Shown: positions 14,264 to 28,743 of the stretch, piece by piece
How positions within the stretch are numbered: the first letter of the stretch is position 1
How the letters are laid out: every line of letters begins with the position of its first letter
NCBI GenBank assembly: GCA_039096225.1
Contig: JBBPEB010000004.1
Location: 248,001-312,000 of the forward strand
Direction: 5' to 3'
DNA: 64,000 nt
From: Blastocystis sp. Blastoise
Taxonomy: Eukaryota > Protista > Bigyra: Opalinata
Made by a program: the position numbers and the translations under genes
Notes under the pieces: model-generated
What the model saw: the letters and a program-made list of their open reading frames with translations, nothing else
What the model was told of the DNA's origin: nothing
Databases searched by the model: none

Positions 14264-16543
14264 TTAGGATTCTAATGATAATAATAGATCTAATGAGTCA
14301 TACATATCTTTAAAGAATATTTTAATTAATTCATTACAATTTTGTGATTTATTTTCGTTCATTAATAAAGGTAATAAGAGATGATAGCAGGAAGATATAG
14401 TTGTATTTAGTATATGATAAAGTCCTAGAATAAATATATCGAATATAAATAGAAATATATTTTAATTCTGAATATTGATATACAACATAAATAATATTAT
14501 AGATTTATTTATATACTTAATTCTTCATTGGTTGATTCTTTTCTTTGTGAACTAAAAAATTATATATATATAATAAACATAATAATAGAATATTAATAAA
14601 AGAAAATTGAATAATACTATAATAAAATAAAAGTAACCCTATAATTATATAATAAATATATATATATATATATATTAATTCAAAACTATTTGTGTTCAAT
14701 AAGATATTATATACTGTTGTAAATATAATAATTTTGTGGATAATGTTGAATGTAATAGTAATATAATACCATTAAAAGGAGCTAATAAGCTTTGTAAATA
14801 GGTATAATCTTCTTCACATAACTGAAACCCTACTTTATATATTATTATTATTATTGTTATTATTAGTATTATTATTATTAAATAAATATTATAAAACAAA
14901 TGTTTTCATATTAATATTATTAAATAAATAATATTAATAAATAATTAATAATATTAAATAGATTATATATATATATATTAGAAAAAGAATAAGAATTAAA
15001 AAATATATAAAATACAATATATACTTGGATTAGTGAGTTCTAATTGATTATGTATATTATTAGCTAATAAAGATAGAGTTTGTGTAATATGATTTATAGA
15101 AGATTCTGTTAGAGGTAATTGAGAATCAGGAATGGCATAATATAATAAAGAAGAAGAACCTACTAAAAACTCATTCGTATTATATAATATCACCTATACA
15201 TGTATATATATATATAATTAAATAGATATACAAATTGTAATAAAGATTCAATTCTATGCTTTATCGCATTATTACTACATATATAAGTAATGAAATCTGG
15301 TAAAAGGTATTGCAAAAACCTTAAAAATAATAATATAGCATCTTCCTATATATATAACATTCATATAATTTTATTATATTAAGAAAACTAATAGTATTAT
15401 TGATATGAGTTTAAAAAATATTTATAATAATATAAATAATTATAATATAAATAATTATAATATAAAAAATTATAATATAAAAAAAATAATATTTAAGAAT
15501 AGAGTAATACAGAGAATGCTTGAATATCTTGATTTCCTTTTAATATTCCTTCTAATAAATCGGGAATACTATCAAATACTTCTACCCTTAATAATACCAC
15601 ACTTGCCTATATATATATATATTAAATATAGATATAAGATTAATGAATACTCATTGAATTCTATATTAATATATGATTATATATATATAATAAATTAATG
15701 AATAGAATATTTAAATAAAACTGTATCATCAATATTTTGTTATTAAAATATATAATATATATACATTTTGAAATTTATTGAAGATACAATAAGATAGATA
15801 TTTAACACATAAAATAAATAAAGATTCAGACAAAGTATTCTTCAATATATCAAAAATACGTCTATAAACATCTTTATATTGAAAGATAGTCCATGATTGT
15901 ATTTCTCGATCTATATATATATATATTTATATTATATTTATATTATATTTATCTTTATATTATCTTTTTATTATTTTTATATTTATTATCATAAATATAT
16001 ATAAAAAATAAAATAATTTATATACATTCATTATTAATAACAATTTGATAATAGATAGTAAGTATATATTGAATTATATCAGTATTATTCACAGTCATAA
16101 ATAAATTAATGATTTGACTTGGTATATAATCATGATTTACGACATAAGGAAGGGTTTCAGAATGTAAAGAAATATTCATTAGAATTCCACAACATACCTT
16201 TTGTTAATATATATATAAATAAAAAAGAAAAAAATAAGTAAAAAAATACTTCAGTGAGTCGTTCAGAAATATCTTCATTCAATTTTGTACTGATCATATC
16301 AAGGATATTATTTTTCATAAGAATTCTAAAGAGGAATAATCAATTATAATATTTATTAAACAAATTAACACATAAATAAACGTACTGCAATGAACCCATT
16401 CTTGTCGACTCATCCCATATCATACATCCAGCAGCTACAATAGGATCATTCTCTTCAAATAATATATTCTGATAATCTTGTGACTGAACTGTGCAATTTG
16501 TTTTTTCTCTATTGAAAATAGATATATATTCATCAAGCTCCAT
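14264..16543 (-). CDS. SAAL1-like ARM-repeat protein, 9 introns
   Basis: GCMIWDES...ERLTEVCCGILMNIS resembles SAAL1 ICRVWDMS...PRLREICVGILGNMA. Phase-consistent GT-AG exon chain. Confidence 0.65.
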
Positions 16544-16752
16544 TGATATGCTTTCTGTTTCTTATAACAAAAGGAACTATAAATGGAAAAACGTAAACAA
16601 CAGAAACGACAAATATTTTTTAAAATAATAATTTGCCTTAAAATTAATGACTTTTTCTGAAAATTCTTACAAACAATTTTATTTAACGCACTCATTATTT
16701 CTTTTAGTAAACATTCTCAAATATCGATTCATTATTAATTATATTTTATTTT

Positions 16753-17715
16753 ATGCAGGCGATTCTTCATCTTTCTTCTATTTATGCAAAACAAACAGTT
16801 CAAAAGTAACATTTACTGTGACAATTATCTTCTTTTATATATTTTTTAAGTAGATGCTTTGTGAAATCAATAAGTAGAGCATCCACTATATTTATGAACA
16901 ACACAAGTGTTCAAAGACGTTTTTTCTCAGATGTCAAGACTAATGATAATAATAAAAACGATACCTGTAAGTCTGAATCCATAAAGAAAGAAACATCATC
17001 TTCTGCTACAGTTGCTCCAAGCTCTCCTAGCACAATTAACGTTCAACCAGTATATTTTTCTAGATACCTTTTTACTTTGTGTTTCTCTATGTTTTTCATT
17101 CTACAACATATTTTCATTCATAATAATGAATAACTTTAATGTATTACTATGTGTAGTCAACCAAAATAAGTATGAATGTTCCTGGAACAACAGATAAAGG
17201 TGATTCTATGATCATCGTCTTCACATGTAAAGTTTGTAACACTCGAGCAGCTCGACGAATGAGTAAAGTATGTTGAGTTTTATTTTCATAATATTTCTTT
17301 TTTCATTTATACCTAGTTATTTGCATTTTTAAATATTTCATCTCTATTTTTTTAATAATTATGTATACGAATAAGAATACCTAAGAATAATGATATTAAA
17401 TTATGATAAATGAACTGATCATCTCTCTAGCGTGCCTATGAACATGGAGTTGTACTAATTCGTTGTCCAGGATGTAATAATCTTCACCTGATTGCAGATA
17501 ATTTGGGATATTTTGATGATAATAGTACCAACGTATAGTTCTATGAATAATTATATTGTTACCATTTATATCTCTCTTCATATTTCATTTTTAAAAAATA
17601 TCAATGTTTTCATTGTATCTAGGTTGAGACTATTCTTGCTCAAAAAGGTGAGAAAGTGAAACGTGTTGATGACTCAAATGTTATGGAATTCTTTAATAAA
17701 AAGGATTTGGAGTAA
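16753..17715 (+). CDS. DNLZ: Mitochondrial DNL-type zinc finger Hsp70 escort (Zim17/Hep1)
   Basis: FTCKVCNTR...[27 protein letters not shown]; presequence-like N-terminus (RRFFS); 4 GT-AG introns. Confidence 0.92.
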
Positions 17716-17994
17716 AACAGTTGCTTTCTACTCATTCACTCCTTTAAAACATTCATTCATTTTGTTCATTTTTTATTTGAATTCACTGATTTATATAAAT
17801 AGTTCTCACATATATTAATATATATAATTCACTCAAATAAATAATAATTTTACAAGAAAAATATGTTTTTAGTTTCATAATTCAGACCAATTCAATCTTG
17901 CTTAAAAACACTTTTTCCGTGTAAATGAGGAAAAAAAAACAGTCGTTAATTCCAGAAACTATTGTATCTTTTTCTTTTGCTCTTACTACCAAAA

Positions 17995-20900
17995 ATGAAT
18001 GATTATGTCGTTCATGTTCAATATGGCAACGAAATACTAGATGTACCTTATAAGTTGAATGATTCTTTTCAAAGAATACGAGATAATGTTTCCGTATCCA
18101 TTTCATTTTGATCCTCATAATCTTTTATTCTAGATTATCCTCTCGATGAAGATGTCTTCAATTGCGTTTTATAATGGTGATGAATTATTTCTTTATAATG
18201 GACTTATACGAAACTTGAATGGTGGGAATCAAGTGTTTCTTATAGCTAAGCAATCAAGTTTAGACTATGATCTTGCTATTGAGTATAATTCAGTAATCAA
18301 TACGGTACACTGTAATTGTAATACGACGTTTGCGTCGTTATTTAAGCAGTGTCAAAAGGTATATATATATAAATAATAATGAATTTCAGTTAAATAATTG
18401 TTTGTAATCAGAAATTATCTATTTATATTCGATTTATAGGTTTTTAAAGAAAAGAATAATATGGATATTCCTCTTAATTATGGTTTTTACTTAGAAAATA
18501 GTTATTTTATGTTGAATTCCCAGTTTTATATTGGATATTTCAATTTCCCTCAAAATCAAAAACTTAAAATCTGCATTAATTATTTATGTATCTATATTAT
18601 TGTAATTTTTTTAAATATAGTAATTTGTTTATATGTGTATATTATATATATATATTAATTTATTTATTTATATATTATGATATTGTTTTAATATATTCTA
18701 AATTATATATTTATAGATGATTATTCATTGATAACTTCTATAACTTCATCAACTGAAGTTTTATTTAATAATATAAAACAAATTAAACAAACCTATGGAT
18801 ATAAATTAACTATATCTTCTGATGAAAATACTCTAAATAATAATAATAATTCTATAAATAATAATAATTCTATAAATAATAATAATTCTATAAATAATAA
18901 TAATTCTATAAATAATAAGAATTCTATAAATAATAAGAATTCTATAAATAATAATAATTCTATAAATTCAAATAATTCTAAAAATACTTCTTCTTCTCCA
19001 TTGAAATATGGTTGTTTTCATTATGAGAATCATGATATATATATTGGTGATATATTAAATGATTATAAAGAAGGAAATGGTGCTTATATATATAATCAAC
19101 AAGGTATATATAATGGTGAATGGAAGAATAATACTATGGGTTCATTTGGATCGTATTATTATATAAATGGTGATATATATATTGGTCAATTTAATAATAA
19201 TGTAAAAGATGGTCAAGGTGTGTATTATTATAAAAATGAAGATATTTATTGTGGTTGCTATAAGAATGATAAATGTAATTCACAAGGTACTTTTTATTAT
19301 AGTAGTGGAACTATATATAAAGGTGAGTGGTATAATAATATGAAACAAGGATATGGTATAGAATATTATTTAAATGGAGATATATATAAAGGTAATTTCT
19401 CAAGAAATGAACGTAATGGTCGATGTATGTATTATTATCATAATGGATCTATATATACTGGTGAATGGAAAGGTAATTATAGAAATGGTGAAGGAGAAAC
19501 AATATATATAAATAAGAATAAATATAAAGGTCAATATAAAGAAGATAAAAAAGAAGGTCGTGGTATAATGAATTATATAAATGGAGATATATATGAAGGT
19601 GATTGGAAGAATGATAAGAAAGAAGGAAAAGGTCTTATGAAATATAATAATAATGAAGAATATGATGGAAGTTGGTATAATGATTTAAAAGAAGGTATAG
19701 GTCAATATACTTATAAAGATAAAAGTATATATAAAGGTATTTTTGTAAAAGATATTCGTTATGGTTATTGTATATATGAATGGCCAAATGGAGAGAAATA
19801 TGAAGGTAATTGGACAGATACAAAACGTAATGGAAAAGGAAAACAAATATATGCTGATAGAAGTTATTATGATGGTTATTGGAAAGATGATAAAAAAGAA
19901 GGTTATGGTATTTATTATATAAATGATACTAATTATTACCTTGGGAATTGGAGTAATAATAAACGAAATGGTCAAGGTGAACAATGTTATGAAGATAATA
20001 CTAAATATAAAGGAGAATATAAAGAAGATAAACGTAATGGTTATGGAGAAGTATTTAATAAAGATGGTTCTAGATATATAGGATATTGGAAAGAAGATAA
20101 TTATGATGGTCATGGAAAATATATATATAGTAGTGGTACTATTTATGATGGTGAATTTAGGAATGGTGTTAAATGTGGTTATGGAGTATTATATTTTCAA
20201 AATGGATCTATATATTATGGTAATTTCTATAATGATATACCTAGTGATGAAGGATATATAGAAGATATATCAGGTAGTCGATATATAGGTTTATTTAATA
20301 AAAAAGGTGAAAAAGAAGGAAAAGGATATTATGAAAAAGATGGTGAATATACTTATGAAGGTCATTTTAAAGATGATAAAATGAATGGTGAAGGTCAATA
20401 TATAGATAAGTATGGAAATATATATATTGGTGAATTTAAAGATAATATTCAAAATGGTTATTGTATAATATTCTTTGTAAATGAAGATGAATATCGTGGT
20501 AATTGTATGAATGGTTTACCTGAAGGTAAAGGTGTATGTATATATAGTAATGGTGATTTATATAATGGTGAATGGAAATCAGGTAAACGTGAAGGTAAAG
20601 GAAAAATGACCTATAATAATGGTAGTATATATGATGGAGAATGGATTAATGATGAACGAGAAGGATATGGTGAAGTTCATTATAATAATGGTGATTTATT
20701 TAGTGGTATCTTTCATAATGATTTAAGAAATGGACAAGGTGAATATATATATAATAATGGTGATATATTTACAGGTGAATGGAATAATGATTATCGATCT
20801 AATTATGGAACATTAAATAATAAAGAAGGTAAAGAAATTCATTATGTATATAAAGATACTATTCTTCAATCATCAAAACCTATGGATCAATTATATTTCT

Positions 20901-22057
20901 CTGAATTATCTACATTACCTATTAATAAAGATAATAATGATAATTTTGATAATAATCTGGATAATAATAAAAATCATTATGATATACCTCCACAAAATGA
21001 TTTACCTATAGATATTATTACTTCTCCTACTCCTCCTACTCCTATGACTCCTCTTACTCCTCTTACTCCTACTCCTACTAATCCTAATCCTGATAGTACT
21101 ATTCTATTTGAATCATTATCTCCTATTAAAGAACTATCAACATCAAAACCATTATTTCTTCCTTTAACACGTACGAACCTTCTTCCTGAATCGAAACATA
21201 ATGAATATCTTCAACAAAAACCTATATTATGTTCATCACCAAGTGCATCTATGCCAAAAACACCTTCTCATCGATTGAAAAGTCCACGTAAGAATATAAA
21301 TAATAATAATATAAATCATGATCAAATATCTCAATTTATATTTAATAATGATAATAATAATATTGTTAATAATAGTAATAATATTGTTAATAATAATAGT
21401 ATTGTTAATAATAATGATAATAATAATATGGTTAATAATATTGTTAATTCTACAAATAATGATAATAATAATAATACTAATACTAATAATAATAATAAAG
21501 ATATTCATATGAATAATTCTCCTACTGTATATGTCCATCACTCAATAGCAACTATTATTCCAGATTCTTCTACATTAACACAATTATATAAAAATAGAAA
21601 TATAAATAAAGAAAAAATTGAACAAGAAATAACTCCTTCACGAGCTTATTCAACGAGTATATTATCAGAACCTAGTAACTATGATGATGATTATATATAT
21701 GATAATGATGATGTTATTATATATGATACAACACCTTCTTTAGAAAGTCTATCTCCTGTTAATAATAATCATAATGATGAAGAAGATAATATATATACTA
21801 TTAATAATAATAATGCTAATAAGATTAATAATAATAATAGTAATAATAATAATTTGATTAATAATAATAATTTTGCTAATAATAATAATAATACAATTAC
21901 TCCCTCTCTTCCTACAAAGAATTTATATTCAAAACATTTGTCTATTCCATCACAAAATCCTCATGTTTTCTCGAAACCCGCGGTTATTATTCCTTCTTCT
22001 ACTTCTTCCTCACAAGCTGTTTTTGAATTAATTCCTTCAAAATCATCAAGAACATAA
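17995..22057 (+). CDS. MORN-repeat protein (about 26 repeats) with possible N-terminal ubiquitin-like folds and a low-complexity tail
   Basis: Tandem YxGxWxxxxxxGxG 23-aa repeats in the 1109-aa ORF; three upstream exons splice in frame. Confidence 0.85.
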
Positions 22058-22799
22058 ATATTATTATATTTTAAGGTTTTATATATATAGATATATATTG
22101 ATTATTTTGTTTTTAAACTTAGTTTTTAAAGATTATTATATGAATTATATGTATTTGTTTTTAAATGTGTTACATGTATTGTTTTTCTTATTTTATATAT
22201 ATTTTATTGAATATTTCCTAATGTAAACTGTTCCTCATTTCATTGTCTCCTCTTCACTCTTTTTGTATTATATTATTTTAACTATTAAATATATTTATAT
22301 ATATGATATTTATGAATATATCTATATATATAATATATATTACTTTATTCGTAAATTTCTTTTTGTTGTCCTTATTCTTCTTTATAGAGTTATATATTCA
22401 TAATATAGAATATATAATAATGCTTCCTATATATATATATATACATATATATCTTATACGTCTCTTTTCTTATCTGTTTTAAAAAATATCAATTATTTGC
22501 TATTTTCTTCTATACTATTATTTTTTAAATATTATTCTATATTTTACTACTTATTCTATATATATATATATTTAATTCGTATTTCTTAGGTTTATAAATC
22601 AATTGTTATGTAGTGTTTTTTATATACTTGATTACTACATAATTTATATTTTCTTTAAATATTAATGTTATCAAATATATTATTTTTTAAGAATTAAAAA
22701 CTCTTTTATTTTCTTTTCTTTGAATAGTTTTTGAATCCTATTTGTGTCTTGTTGTACTCTATTTACTATGTTTTTATTTGATAAATATTATATATATAA

Positions 22800-22950
22800 T
22801 TTTTTTTTATTGTTTGCTAAACACTATTTATATAAATTTTCATTTTTTTCTATTGCTAAACCTATATATATATAAATTTTCTTTTTTTTTATTGTTTGTT
22901 AAACATTATATATATATAGATTTTCTTTTTATTTTATTGTTTGCTAAAGA
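22800..22950. repeat. Degenerate about 45-50-bp tandem repeat, about 4 copies (tgtttgctaaac...tatatataaatttt)
   Basis: Visible repeated unit in intergenic/3' UTR DNA. Confidence 0.6.
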
Positions 22951-23331
22951 TATTCATATTCTTGCTCTTTGTTTTGTTCTGATATTATAATTTGATACTT
23001 TTTTACGTTTTTAATAACTGATAGAATAAATTATTATATATATATACATTATTTATGTGTGTTTTATATTTCAAATCCTCTTCACAAGGTGTTCAAGTAT
23101 ATAAATATTATTTTCGAATTTTATATAATGATTTCAATCATTAAAAAAATGATTAACATTATATAATTATTCACTGATAAAAAAAATACTCAAATGAAAT
23201 AGATTACATTAAAAATTTCAAAAAATATATATGCATTAAATCATAAAAAATAACACCAATAACTGTAATTGGATTAAACTATTTATGAACAAAACAAATC
23301 TTATAATATATATTATAATACTGTTTGAAAT

Positions 23332-24447
23332 TTATTTAATGTTATGAGATATTTGAAGAATGTATTCAACTATAAAAAGAAATAATTATAATAATAAAAA
23401 TATAATATAAAAATATACTATAACTAAAATCGATGAAGCTATTTGAAGAATTAGCAGAAAGTTGTTCAAAAAAAAGTTCTTTGTCTTTAAACGATGATGT
23501 TTTATATTTTAATATAATATTCTGTTGACGCCAATATCTATAGATATTTATTTATATATATTTATATATATATATATTAATCTATATATATTATTATTAA
23601 ATATTTATATATACAAGATAAAATAATATAAAATAAATAAATAATACATTATATAATAATATACTCTTCTCGAATCATTTTATATATATCATTACAAAAC
23701 ATAATTAAATCCGAAGCTGTCACTTTAACCATATCACTCAATATAATCTCTTTATTAATATATAGAGTAATTTATAATATTATATATATATATAAATAAA
23801 ACATTATATATATATAAATAAAACATTATACATAAATAAAACATTATATATAAATAAAACATTATATATAAATAAAAATTATATATAAATAAAACATTAT
23901 ATATAAATAACACTATATATAAATAACATTATATATAAATAACACTATATATATAAATAACACTATATATATAAATAACACTATATATATACGATTTGAT
24001 AATCCTAGTTGATACCAATAGGGTTCATTTTCTATACATATTTTTTCTAATTTATCTATTATAAGGTATTTGATTCGACTTCTATATAAATTTTAAATTC
24101 TATTTAGATATTTCTTGTTAATGTTGAATAAGAATATAAAAAGTTTACAATGTATCTAGCATCAATAAATAATTATTATCAATATCATCTAATAGTTTTT
24201 GCTGTACAATAGGAATCACTTCTCTGTGATCACTTAAAACACCAAGTGACAGGGCTTTTGTATTCATATCTCCATTATCAAGTGTTTCCAACAAGGAAAA
24301 GCGATTCACTAAACCTTTTGTGGCGCTTATTATATTATTTATATTCTCTTGAGTTCTCTGCCATTCTCTATACACACTAAGACAATTTCGAAATGACTTT
24401 GTAATTATTTTATCATAATTCTGTTCAATTTGATGTTTCTCTGTCAT
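23332..24447 (-). CDS. C1orf109/AIRIM-like helical protein, about 200 aa
   Basis: LGVLSDHREVIPIVQQK and VTASDLIMFCNDIYKMIREEYWRQQNII resemble C1orf109 PSVADMLEWLQDIERHYRKSYLKRKYLL; 4 introns. Confidence 0.5.
23780..23990. repeat. Intronic minisatellite, about 18-22-bp unit (ataaataaaacattatatat)
   Basis: About 10 tandem copies. Confidence 0.8.
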
Positions 24448-24514
24448 ATTTATTAAAATACGTGTATATTAATTGTTTATAGCACTTTTATTTGCTTTTG
24501 TTCTTTAAAAAAAG

Positions 24515-24528
24515 TTTCATGATTATTT
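24515..24528. promoter_or_regulatory. Candidate promoter element TTTCATGATTATTT
   Basis: About 70 bp upstream of the C1orf109-like ATG. Confidence 0.45.
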
Positions 24529-24964
24529 TTATAAATGGGTTTATATTCGTGATTTGTTAAAGACATAGACTTTTATTTTCATTTTTTAAATATATGAATA
24601 TGATTATTTTATTCTTGAATGTTATTCATTCAATAATAAGGATAGCCTATGTATAAAGTATTGAAAATTTGCTGAAGCAATTTAAAATAATGTTCTACAA
24701 CATATCAACCTTAAATCAACCTTATGTAGAAATGGTATTTTAAAAAAATAATATCATCTTCATGATATCCAGATAAAATAATAATGATTTCATAATAGCT
24801 AAGATCTTGAAGGCAGAATAGAACAAAATAAATACAGAAAAAAGGAAAAAAAATAAAAAAATGTCAAAAAAAGAGGAGAATTAAGATAAAAAAATGTTTG
24901 AAAATAGTTCTATAATTAAATTAAATGTAAAGAAAAGGTTTAAGCATATGAAGAAAATAAAAAA

Positions 24965-26916
24965 TCAAGGGAAAATGGAAGTTAAGAAGAATTCTGTTTG
25001 TTGATTTTCATTTTTATATACCCTTATACCTAAATCTAAAGGTTTGTTTTTTAATGATTGGCTGAGTTGAAAAAATGATTTCTAAGAATAATAATAAAAA
25101 TTAATTTTTATATATATTAAAATAATATATAAAAATATATACAGGTATTGTATTATTAAAATTGAAAAGTTCGAAAAATGTGGATAATTTATAAAGTGAA
25201 TCATCATAGAAATCGGATTGTCGAAGTATTAGATATATAGTATCTTTAGAAGTAATTATAGGAGAACAAATAGTGATTAACCCAATAATATCAGAATATT
25301 GTTCCGATAATGATATATACTATTTATATATATAATGATAGCTTTATATAAACATATATTTATGTGTATATATGTATAATGATAGTTTTAGATAAAAATA
25401 TATTTTGTATATATATATATATAATGATAATTTTAGATAAAATTGACTATATATATATATACTTGTTCAATCATATTATATTTATTATTATTCACAAATA
25501 ACTCATTATTTTCATTATGTTTTTCTATAAAAGAGTGATGTATCAAATAATAACGGGAATCCAGGTATTTGAACAGTCGATCTGAAGAAGAACAAGATAT
25601 TCTAGAGGATGTATGTTGTACCCATTCCCGCGGGGATATTAATTTCGATTGTGGATTATATAGACCCTGATGATAATAATCCGAAAAATATTCATGTTGG
25701 GAAAGAGGATAAATAGCTATATATATAGAGTAATAGTTATATTGAAGAATAATAGTATATATATATAAATACATTGGCTATCTGATATTTTATGGAGAGG
25801 TGTATATGCTATATATATGTTTATATAAGTATATTATTTTTACATATATATATAAGTATATTATTTTTTACATGTATATATAAGTATATTATTTTTTACA
25901 TATATATATAAGTATATTATTTTTACATATATATATGTTTATATATAAGTATATTATTTTTTACATATATATATGTTTATATAAGTATATTATATTTATA
26001 TATATATACCAGTAAAATCACAAAAAAGAAATGAATATATATATCCAGTTAATAAAAAGAATTGTGATTGACGATAATGAAGAGTCGAAATAACCGCGGG
26101 AATATCACTATATAGAGAATTTATTTATATATATTCATATTATATATATAAATATACTTTATAAATAGACTTGTTTTTTGTTGTATATTGCTCATGTATA
26201 TATATTCATATCTATATATATATAGATGATAATGATAACATATATATATATATATATACTTATTTTGTGGATAGATAATTGATGATACATAATTCTTTGT
26301 AATAAATAATGTAATTAAAGAGGTTGATGTTGATATATTCTATATATAATATATATATATAATATTCTAATAATTCTATATGTATTATGATAAGGATATA
26401 GAATAGTATAAATATAAATATACTTGTTGTTTATACCAAAAAGATAGTTGCTTATATAAAGGAATAGAAGATAAGAAGGAATGAGGGAAAGAAGAAATCT
26501 TTTCATTATTAATAAATAAAGGTAACTTGTATATATAACTTGATTTCTATAATGTATATATAAATATATATAGAATAGAGAATAATAGTAAATATCGTTT
26601 AAAAAAAGATATTATTATTGTTATTACTATTATATATACACTTGTTGAAAGGTAGAAAGACCGTTCTTCAAATGAAGATGAAGATGAAGTTGATGAAATA
26701 TATATTAAGTGTGTAAGTATATATATAGATCCAATGTGAAGAGAATCAGAGAGGGGTATACTATTACTATTTCTATATATAATGAAAATATAATTATATA
26801 TATATATATATATATACATTTTGATTTGAATCATTCCGTTAGATGTCTGATCTACAAATGTTGTCCAATAATAAGATATATATTCATTTCTATATATATA
26901 AAATATAATATATGTA

Positions 26917-26967
<51 letters not shown>

Positions 26968-28501
26968 GTATATTCATTAGATATATGTAAAGATTGTTTT
27001 TTCTCTATATATAGTTCACTTATATATATACATATTCCCATAAAATGAATAGCATCTTTATTCGTATATGTATATAGATCAACACTTGTTGAAACCGCTA
27101 AATTAAATGGAGGAAAACAATCTATATTACCCTGAATATTATCTTCTATATATATATATAATTATTTATATTATTTATATAGAGAAACAAACTAAATAAA
27201 AATTTTTACATATATATATATATACTTTGTATCCATTGAATGCATTTTTGATTTGTATTTCCATTTAACGAGATTTCTATTTCTTTATTATATCTCTTTA
27301 TACGATAATGTTCTAGTATTAAATATTGCTATATATATATATATAGTATTATTATATAATTTTAAATAATTTTAAATAATAATAATATATAATAAACACA
27401 ATAATATAAATAATAAACATAATTATAAATAAAATAATTATAATACTAATATATATACTCCTAGTTCTATCCATAAATATGTATTTAAAACAACAGAATT
27501 CCAAACAGATACATTATATAAATTATCTTCTATTCTTACTACCATAGTATAACTATATATAAATATATTCATAAAAAACTAATATATATATACAATAATG
27601 GAATTTTATGTTTTTTATAAATAGAATAATAAGTTTCTATATAATGTTTTTCAATAACTTGACACAATAATGGTTTTTGAGTATTCTCACGGTGAATATT
27701 CTATAATAATTTATATATATATATATCTAGAATAATATATCAAATAAACATAAAAATGAAATAAAAAAATACTTTAATAATATTTGGATCATAGTTATAA
27801 ATAGTATTATATTTATATAATAAAGAATCCGTACACCAAACATTAGGATTACACCCATTTTCACGGGAATAAAAGGAATAACAATTATATAATGGAAAAT
27901 AAAGTGTACGACATTTTAAAAGAGGTAAACCAATTTCTATTTGTAACTGAGATTTCCAATAATCTAGTTTAATAATATAATTTTTTTTTTTTAAATAAAT
28001 ATATTTTTATATTATTTAAATAATAAAAAATATAAAAACAATAAATTAATTTAATACAATAATATATACTTATTTGACAAGAAGATACAAAATAAGGATT
28101 AATAACCAGAGTTTGAATCTTAAAAACAGTTTCTGTAACATTAGAATTATTAATTATTACGTTTGAACCTTCCATAATTTGAATAACTGATCCTATCCTC
28201 AATTCTCCAGAATCAATATATTTATTATAACCAGAATTCAAGTAGACTTTCTTCCAATATTGACTATCTGTAACGATTATATCATAAAGTTCACCTTTAC
28301 CATTATTTTCTTCATTTAAAATCATTTCAGTTGTTGGATCTGCATAATATTTATGAATAGACAGAATACAAAGTGTAATTGGACTATATGAATCTTGATG
28401 ATCTCCATTACAGGATCTATTATTTATAATATAGATACTCTATGTTATGTAGAAGTCATTACATACAATTTATGGATTCCATTCACTGTTAGTATGTCCA
28501 T
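24965..28501 (-). CDS. RADX: RADX-like (RPA-related, multi-OB-fold ssDNA-binding protein), 16 introns
   Basis: Collinear blocks matching RADX as I recall it: ILSIHKY..YDIIVTDSQYWKKVYLNSGYN, LPLLKCRTLYFPLYN, PLLCQVIEK, VSVWNS, IEISLN, SYYWTTFVDQTS, FYLSTS, LHYRQ. Confidence 0.75.
25815..25995. repeat. Intronic minisatellite, about 30-37-bp unit (atataagtatattattttttacat...)
   Basis: About 6 copies in a RADX intron. Confidence 0.8.
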
Positions 28502-28680
28502 ATTGAATAAAAAAACAGAAAGAAGCGGGTTTTGTAAAGGATTTAAATCGTTTTAAATCTATATATCACAAATATCAAAGCTTAAATCGTTTGATAAATA
28601 AAATAAATACAATATATATTTAATAAATACGGTTATATAGGAATATGAATAGATATAAAGAACAAAATAAATTAAAATGT

Positions 28681-28743
28681 CTAACCCTAACCCTAACCCT
28701 AGTTTTTTTTTAAAACATTAGGGTTAGAATTAGGGTTAGGGTT
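28681..28743. repeat. Interstitial inverted telomere-type repeats, (CCCTAA)~3...(TTAGGG)~3
   Basis: ctaaccctaaccctaaccctag, a 15-nt spacer, then ttagggttagaattagggttagggtt. Confidence 0.9.

Noticed and set aside
22893-25002. Blastocystis-style stop codons completed by polyadenylation (TGTTTGTT motif)
   Set aside because: Every complete gene model has an encoded stop. The TGTTTGTT copies at 22893 and 24995 are not next to an open ORF end on the correct strand.
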